62,964 nt of DNA from Lama guanicoe (taxonomy: Eukaryota), in NCBI GenBank assembly GCA_013239625.1, contig MU053810.1:5736071-5799034 (forward strand), in the 5' to 3' direction. The notes under the pieces were generated by a model. That model made no database searches, was not told the origin of the DNA, and saw only the letters and a program-made list of their open reading frames with translations. A program made the position numbers and the translations under genes. Positions 52,300-62,964 of the stretch are shown one piece after another; position 1 is the stretch's first letter; each line of letters starts with the position of its first letter.

Positions 52300-52900
52300 T
52301 TTCCGAATTAAAGTGAGCGTCTGGACAAGGAATAACCACCCACAACGTGCCGGGACCACCCGACGCCCAGGAAACACGCGCCGCTCACGCCGAGCGAGGA
52401 ACTTGCACTCAGCCGGTTCAGCGCGGCTTCCCCGCCTCCACCACCCCTGTCCTAGGTCCTTCCTTTGCGACGCTCACGGAAACCACCGCGAGACAATGCC
52501 ACTCACGTCGCAGGGAAAGAAAAAAGGAAAAAAAAAACCGTGAGGAGTGAAACCGTTGCGAACTGGAAACCAGACTGGAATCAACTCAGTCACACTCAAC
52601 CTTAAGTCTACGTTTCCAATCCCTCAGCCCCGTTTCTCGGCAGAAAGACGCTTCCGGATCACGCCATTTCCGGCGACGGGTTCCACCCCTCCCTCCCCGC
52701 CCACCAATCCTCAGCCGTGAACCGCCTCTGCGTCACGTCCTCGGGGTTTCTGAGCTCCGCCCCTCGCGCCTCCACTGGCAGCGGCCCGGGAGGCGAGGCC
52801 GGCGGGGTGCTCTCAGGGAGGGAGGGGTAGCTGCCCGGGGCGTGCAAAGACGAGCGTCTGGGCGGATCTGGGCAGGGTTGAGTGTTTCTGGTCTGAATAA
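52300..52900 (-). promoter_or_regulatory. NSUN6: NSUN6 CpG-island promoter and 5' UTR
   Basis: CpG-dense; ETS sites (cttccgg 52651-52657), YY1-like cgccattt (52662-52669), GC box ccccgccc (52695-52702), CCAAT (52704-52708), CRE-like tgcgtcacgt (52729-52738). Confidence 0.85.
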
Positions 52901-53439
52901 GGTGAGGGCTCAGTCGGTTTACCTGCCAGTTGACCTCCAAAGAAAGGGTGAAACCAGAGTTTATTTGTACCTGTTGGCCACCTGATTTCATGAAATCACC
53001 TCAGCGCTCTTAGCCTCGCAGGTCTGACTTCAGTTATGAATAAACAGCATTACTGACATTTTCAAAAGCTGGTTTCGTGGTGTGTTAATAGCCATGAGTG
53101 CTCGGGTAAAACTAGAACGCCCAGGTAGTTCTTACAATTAGCTGCATAAGGCTAACAGTTACCTGTGTAGGAGCTGATTTATACGCTCGGGACCCTTAGC
53201 TAATCTTTTCGCAGTTACAAATGAGGAAAGATTCACAGGGGGAAGGTACCTAATGAAAGAAAGTCATGTAATTTTCTGATAGAATAGGAAACTAAAAATA
53301 ATTGTCTCGTGACTTAGTGTTTTTTGTAGCACACTGTGGTCCTTAACACACAACTGTAGGAGAAGTTCTTTCTTAAGTCTTTTTCTCTTTAAATCTCACA
53401 CGGAGATGTTTTTAAAAGTATATCTATTTTCTATGATCA

Positions 53440-53640
53440 CCAACCAGGTTCTGTAGAAAGTGTTTTATCTTGCAGACATGCTACACAATCACCCTGCAGG
53501 ACAGTTATCATCATCTCTTTCACAGACGAGTAAAACAAAGCTCCCAGAGCCAAAATAATTCTCCACGGCCTCACAAGAAAGTCAGGATAAAGACTATAGC
53601 CACCTAGATTCCAAAGCCGATACTCTGTCTTTCTACCATG
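53440..53640 (-). mobile_element. MIR SINE relic
   Basis: caatcaccctgcagg...atctctttcacagacgagtaaaacaaagctcccagag...ctccacggcctcaca...ctagattccaaagcc. Confidence 0.6.
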
Positions 53641-55161
53641 GCAAATTTCCTCAATAAGTAAACTCATGGGATTCTTCTTGGCTCAGTCACCTAAAAGTGA
53701 TCAGGAAAATGTGTAGACCCAGTGTTTCCAACGGAATTTTTGCAGCCTTAAGATTGTGACTCTACCACCAATAATGTTTGGAATCTGTATTGAGGAGGTA
53801 AGGGAGAGGAAAGAAGTCGAACTAGATTGTAAACTCTGAGAATGTAGAGATTTTACCTCACCGGGGCATACTCAGTGCCTAACACATAAGAGGCACTCAA
53901 ATACTGAATGGCTAGATGAACAGGTGGATGGACAGCTCTGTAAATTAGACGAAGTGCTGGTAAAGCATATGTTTGCTGGAAATCGGTTCACTAGTTCAGC
54001 ACACGTGAGCAGTGCCAGGACATTTAGACTGTCCTTGGCTAAACATTGTAGTGACAGTTTTGTTGATGAAGAGGCCTCCTGGTGTTCTAAATTGGTCCAC
54101 ATTACAAATCTGAAGTTGGCATAGTGAATACATACTGTCTAAGCAAAGGAAGAGCCCTACAGAAATACACCCATACAAGGATCATTTAGGCTCTGTGTTC
54201 TCTGGGGTGATGTGGCCCTCAACATTGTAGAAGCAAAAATAACTTTAGATATAATCATATCATCTTAATCTCAGTTTGTGATGCTCCAAAGCTTACCTTT
54301 AACCCCACCCCAAACAAAACAAAACAAAACAACCCTATTCCTCAGTACTTTCATGAAGTAAACCCAACAGAATTAGGAAAAATTCTAGAACGGCTGGAAA
54401 TCTACCAGCCACAACTCATCTGGGGAGTAACCAACTAGACTAAAATCACAGTGAACATAATTTTAAAGATTCAGGAGAGTTGTTTTTGTTTAGTTTTGTT
54501 CCTGTTGGGAAGAACATGCTGTCCCTGGACTCTTGGTTCAAGCCGTGCAGGCAGTTTATCATAGTTAACTAAGTAATAAATTGAATTCAATTCCAGCTGT
54601 ATCCAAAATTTCCAAGTATTATCCAAAGTTAGCTTATAATAGTTCCTTCTAAGGAATATTAGATAAATGTAGTTTTTAAAAATTTTTTAATTCCCTAGTT
54701 GACTTTTTTTTATCCTCCTGAAACTAGGACTTGAAATGTCCCTTTAAGCCTCTATTTACAGAAACACAGACTCATTTATATTTATGGACCAATTGATACT
54801 CAGGAAAGTTAAACTAATTTGCATAGGCTCAGTACATACCTTTTCCTCTATATGGGAGGTTAAAACTTGCGTTTAATAACGGGTAGTTGAAGGACGCTGT
54901 CTCACATGTAAGTCTTTTTTTTTTCCTTTGCCACTTTTTGTGGCTTAAATTATATTTATTTACTAGGCAACAATACATTGATGTTGTCCAAAATTCCAAA
55001 GGTACAAAGGATCTACAGTAAAAACCTCCTGACTGTGCCCCCGGCCCTTGGGGTATAGAGCATAAAAGGGCCCTCAGTGCTCTGGAGACCCCCACATAGG
55101 CAGGGGGTGCCTGAGGCCTGTGCCCACCCCCCACCCCCCCACTCCCACCCACCCGGATTGG

Positions 55162-57815
<2,654 letters not shown>

Positions 57816-58011
57816 GACACAGAGAGACCAACCTCCTCTCCTAGAAATGGACCATTCCCACTATAGTTGCTCCCTTCAGTCCACAGGTGGCCTGGGGGCA
57901 GCCCAGAGAAGAGTTATATAAAAACAGATACCACAGGTCAGCGTGGCACGTCTGTGGATGTGGCTGGGCATGTGGGCACAACAGGCAGGCAGGCAGCTGG
58001 GTCCACTGGCA

Positions 58012-59132
58012 TCAAGGGCCCAGCGAAGGCCCCTGGCTCCTCTCACAGATGTGGTCCAGGAGCAGGTCAGCAGCGCGCTCCAGCAATGGAGGCAGCAGCT
58101 CCTGCTCGGCTGGGGAGAAGCGGCCCAGCACGTGGGCCTGCACTGCATCTGGGCGTGTCGGGCACCCGATGCCCACCCACAGCCGTGCCATTGCCTGTTG
58201 GGGAGCCAGAGGGGCCCAGGGAGCTTTGATGAGGAATGTTGGGGGCCCTGTACTGGCCCACTCAACTCAGTGCCGGACAGAGGGGCAGCCTCACATTGGA
58301 GTTGAGACAGCTAATACAGGAACGGACTCCACTGTGGCCCCTGGCGCTTCCTCCCAACTTCAGAGCCTGTTTCCCCAGCGGCTTGTCCAGCTCATCACGT
58401 ACCAGGCAGACCTCCTCAGCAGTCAGCCCAAACAGCTCCGCGGCCCGGGCCACGCTGTGCCCGTTGATGTTCATGAGCCGCCGTGGCCAGAGGAGGACCA
58501 GCTGGGCGTCACGGAGTGAGGCCAGGGTGAGGTCGGTGGCACAGTGCCGGTCACGCGCCCAACTCTCTGCCACACGCAGCCGCCGCGCCAGCTGCCCCAG
58601 CGCTGCCATGCCCATGCTGTGCCGTGTGCCAGGCATTCCAGGGTTCCCCAGCCCGACCACCTGCAGGTGGCACTGGGGAAACTGAAGCCCGGTAACTCTA
58701 CCCATCCTCTATCTCACAGCGGCCTCCGGGGCCCAAAGCAGAGGAAAGTAAACGGAAAGCTGGGCTGGAGTGTGTTAGGGGCTCCAAGAGCGGGCCAGGA
58801 AACCTCGGAGACTCCAGAGGGCCGAATGGAAATTGGGGCCCAGCAGGGTGGAAGGGCAGGGCGCCCCAGTGTAGGAACGGAGTTCCTGGATGTTTGGAAG
58901 CCCACTGAAGCACTAGACCCATTTCTAGATAAGAAAACTGAGACAAGAAACTGGGGGGACTTTGCCAAGGAAACAATGGCAAAACTGGAGCTAGGACCGG
59001 GGAGCCCCTACGCCATCCCCAATTCCACTCACCAGCCACCGCTTCCCCGGGGGCCGGGGCTCCAAAATGCATCGGCTCATGGCCCTCCCTACTCAGCCAC
59101 AGTCCCGTGCGCGAGAAGCCTGGCTGCCCCAT
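58012..59132 (-). pseudogene. PTRH1: PTRH1 (peptidyl-tRNA hydrolase 1) coding portion: exon 1 at 59132-59033, fused middle exons at 58660-58295, last exon at 58194-58012
   Basis: [15 protein letters not shown][+4 nt][17 protein letters not shown] / [15 protein letters not shown]...DELDKPLG...[20 protein letters not shown] / [12 protein letters not shown]...[14 protein letters not shown]...[12 protein letters not shown] introns at 58661-59032 and 58195-58294; frameshift at 59084-59087. Confidence 0.92.
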
Positions 59133-59934
59133 GCTGCCCCTCTCACACGTAAGTCTTAAAGTGTCTTTGAACCATATACAAACCTGGGAGGACATCATAC
59201 GCTCCTCCTTGTAAAGGTAACAAAATAGTTTGGCGTCTTAAAAGGCCACACTGCCAGGGTTAAAATCTACCACTTGACTGAAGTCACAGTCTTTTCAAGT
59301 ATTAATGACAAGTTTGGTGGTTGGGTGTTGCCTAAACAGCTGAGATCTGGGCTCAGTTTGAGTATGTAATCTCAACAGTGCTGGGTTTTATTCCCAAAAT
59401 CCGCTTAAAAGTTAGTGAGATGCAGAGAAATGTAGTTTAAAATACTAAATAAATTTAATCATGCACATATAATACAAAAATATTTTCCTTTAATAAACAT
59501 TGTCAATGTCTTACTTAATGGGAAATAACTAAAATGTTATAGACAAACAGCCCAGCAGATAAATTTTTAGTATTTACTTTTTAGATCATATACTTTTTCT
59601 TCAAAATCTGCACATATTCTTGACGTGCTTTCAAAACCAGATCTTGATTTAGATTTGAGTCATCCGTAGATCCTAGAAGAGCTCCATAGGATCCAGATTC
59701 AAATTCAGCAGCAGCTGGAAAGAAAATGAAAGAATTAGATTCTTTATCTAAAATATTTCATAGGTAACGAAATTAAGTTAGTTTAAAACAAAAGGTGAGA
59801 CCTTTCTAAGTATTAAGGAGAATGAAAAATATCTACATACGACTACAACACAAAACACAAGATTACTACTCTAGACTTTGCCCATGGTTGCAAGTTGAAT
59901 TAACTGCTTTTGTGGCTAAGGATCAGAGCTCCTG

Positions 59935-60440
59935 GTTTTCTCATTCTTCATTCATTTAGTCAGCAACCATGTGCTAAGGCACTGTGACAAGCACTGGAAT
60001 CACAAGATGAAGATGACACAGTCCACCCTGGAAAATCATGTACCATAAATTGGAAAAATAGATGAACAGGCAATTTCCGTACAGAGTCATAAATGCCATG
60101 ACAGGTATAAAAGAGACCACAATTAGAACACTCAGAAGGAACGTTCAGCTTTGTGTCAATACTGTCCCCTTTTGGTGGCTGTGATATGTAAGCAGAAACC
60201 TGAAGGAGGAGGAGAAAATGTGGGAGGGAGAGGCAGGAAGCAAACACAAAGAGCAGAGGCAGGAAGGGCGCCTGTGGAGCTGGAAGCAGTCTGATCAGAT
60301 GCTGGAGCAGAGGGGCAGAGCAGGGGAATAAAGAGATAGAGCTGAACACTTTGGCAGGAGCCAAACTTATGTGGGTGTTTTTCTCCCAAGCTAAGGAATT
60401 TGGATTTTTTTCCTGAGGGCAAAGTGTTATCCAGTGACAA
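59935..60440 (-). mobile_element. L2 LINE relic
   Basis: tcattcttcattcatttagtcagcaaccatgtgctaaggcactgtg...; gctaaggaatttggattttttcctgagggcaa. Confidence 0.6.
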
Positions 60441-62964
60441 AGTCAATGACAGGAAATTTAATTGTCATCCACCAGGTGACAGCTACATGAACTGTGATTG
60501 CTTGAGTCTGGGGTCTTTGGCCTCAGTCACTACCAGTAGCTTGAGAAGCTGATGACCACCATGCTTTCTGAGAACAGGTCTGTGTGCAGGTGACAGGCCC
60601 ACAGGGACAGCAGGAGAGGAAGGGTACAGCCAGGAATAGAGAACACAGACTTCTTTTTTAAAGCTATGGATCATGATGAAGAAATGAGGAATTAAGCATA
60701 TATTTCATTATGAGTGGATATGCTTTCACATTTTTCATTAGACACATATAAGAAAAAATTTAACATAGTATCTGTTATTCAAACAATGGAAATAGATACC
60801 ACTTACTATTTACAGTTTATTTCAGAAATCAATGTCTAAATTTGATTCATAAATTTTCACAACATACCTTCTTCTAGTTCTCTAGTTATATTTTTTTCCA
60901 ACTCCTCCCGCATCTGAAATAAGTCAAATATTATTTATAATGTTTAAGTTAAGCAAGAGACATTATCGCAGGAATGAGAGCTAGCTTATGAAATATGGCC
61001 TTTAAATAATACTTTTAGAGACTAGACCTAACCTGGGGACTGCTTAAATAGAAAAATAATCACATGAATAAAATAAAATAAATTCCTACTTATTTTGATT
61101 TTAGATCATTGAGAACATATATATGTAATGCTATTTAGATTCATCTGATTGAAAAGTACAATAAATATTGGCTTACTGAATACACATAATTTCAGAGAGT
61201 GATATTTGATCTTAATGGTAAAAAAAAAAAAGTTTAAGCAATCCAAGTCATGTTTACACTGAATGCATTACTTTGCAATTCTTAGAAAAAGTGCCCTTTA
61301 TAAAAGTTTTTTACTTTAATGGATGTTTCCCTAAAATGAGCTGTCCATTCTGCTTTTATAAAACTAAAATTTTAAGGTCTGTTCTACGCTAATAATTTTT
61401 TCAGCACAGAATCTTAAATACATAAAATGAAGAAAGTGGGTCTCTTGTAATGTCATGTGAAAATTCTACCGGCAAAAAATTAAACAATGTATTTTGCTCT
61501 CTGTATATGACTAAAACATTTACTTCAGAAAATCTGCTTGAAGAAAGGAAAAAGAGAGGCTAGCGCCAGTTTCCAAACTTGGTTTTTGATTCCCGACTTT
61601 CTAGAGTTAGAAACAAGGAAAACAATACATAATTCTTTACCTATAACTTTGTTTCCATTCTAGAAGTTAGGGCCAACTCTTTGAAACTTGACCAATTACA
61701 GTTACCTACTTCATTATGAAATGTGTGGGGGACATTTCAAACTACAAGTGTCCCCATCTAGAGTGTTCTTCTAAAAATCTTTCTTATAAAAGTATCTTCT
61801 CACCAAACAGAGTCTAAAATAGTATACTTAACAGAACAAACACTGTGGTGATAACAATAACATGATAGTCAAGGCCTCTGTAAACTTGGGATGCAAAGAC
61901 AAAATTTTTGGCTAACATTTCCCAGTATTTTGGATTGTTTTCCATTAACACTTTTCTGACAAGAGCATTCTAGAGAGGCCTTATAGAATGAATAATATGA
62001 CAACAGTACCAGACAGGTCTTATGAAGTGAATAACTCTTAACAGATGAAGGGAGAAGCCTTTACTGAAATAATTTCATATAACCATTAATAAACACTATG
62101 TAAAAGGTAGATCACATTTTTTACATGAGTTGAATGTAAGATTACTATCTTTTCTCCCACAAAACTCTTTTCCTAAATAGCTACTTCTCGGACCTTTATG
62201 TTTATTTCTAGGTGAGGACTATGTCCTGATGGTGGAAGTAGTCTGAAGTCCAACATTAATAAGGAGAATGCATCTGCAGTTTTACTTAAACTTTTCCATT
62301 TACCAAAAACATAGAAAGGTGAGAAAATTATACACAGGAAGACAATGTATCAGCAAGTTTTAATTCTAATGATTTGTAATTAGGAGGATTCTCTCATAAC
62401 TGGCAGTTTGCAGGCTATGTCCCATAGAAATGGAAGGTCCCACTGGGGACACTGCAGGATTGAGGGACAGAGAAGTCACAGCTTCAGAGTCTCCATTGTT
62501 CCTTTACCTCAACAGCTCTACTTGTCTCTGTTTTATATAATACAGTTTCATGGGGGGAAAAATGTTTTCTGAAAAGGTTCTTTTCTTTGAATAAAAATGT
62601 TTCAATTGTCTTTCTTTGAAAAAAAATTTTAAGGTATGAAAATCATTGATTTAGTCAAAGTCTCTAATTTTACACAAAAGGTAACAGGCTGAGAGAGACT
62701 AGCTTTCCTGAGGTCACAAAGCCAATGGTCTTCTTAGTCTAGAGTTCTATGCCAGCTACTTTCCTTGTATTAAGGGAAAACACATAAACTATAGTTTAAC
62801 TATAACTGAGAGAAAATGAATATATAAAACTTTGTCAAACATTTTAAAGGACAAGAATAAAGGGACCAAAGTTTAGTATCATGACTCCTATTAGTAGCAG
62901 TCAATATACTCAGTTTATAAAGCAGAAAATTTTTCAATCACAGGACAGGGAACTTGAATTGAAC

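Noticed and set aside
59158..62964. ARL5B first exon, expected from human synteny
   Set aside because: No CpG island or ARF-like N-terminus is visible; it probably lies just beyond the window.

Overview
Mammalian (placental) genomic DNA, most likely a camelid, judged from tRNA-derived SINEs resembling Vic-1 and the apparent absence of Alu, Bov-A or PRE-1 repeats. It holds the last five coding exons and 3' UTR of CACNB2 (+, 249-13687) and, convergently, all 11 coding exons of NSUN6 (-, 52245-20931, 474 aa) with its CpG-island promoter (~52300-52900), plus many L1, L2, MIR, LTR and DNA-transposon relics. The most striking feature is a set of L1-mediated retrocopies, each delimited by a target-site duplication (TSD). 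(1) A ~4.2 kb semi-processed PTRH1 retrocopy (-, 54915-59140) keeps two introns and carries the last six exons of CFAP157, with their introns, as an antisense passenger. (2) A FUS 3'-end retrocopy is nested inside that passenger. (3) A ~1.65 kb chimeric retrocopy between the CACNB2 and NSUN6 3' ends holds two tandem antisense cTAGE5/MIA2-like fragments and an unidentified 3' part. (4) A tiny L1 tail duplicated a CACNB2 splice donor in its TSD, and the spare donor has since been mutated. (5) A U6 pseudogene sits inside an old L1. Gene and repeat names come from recalled sequence similarity, not from database searches.
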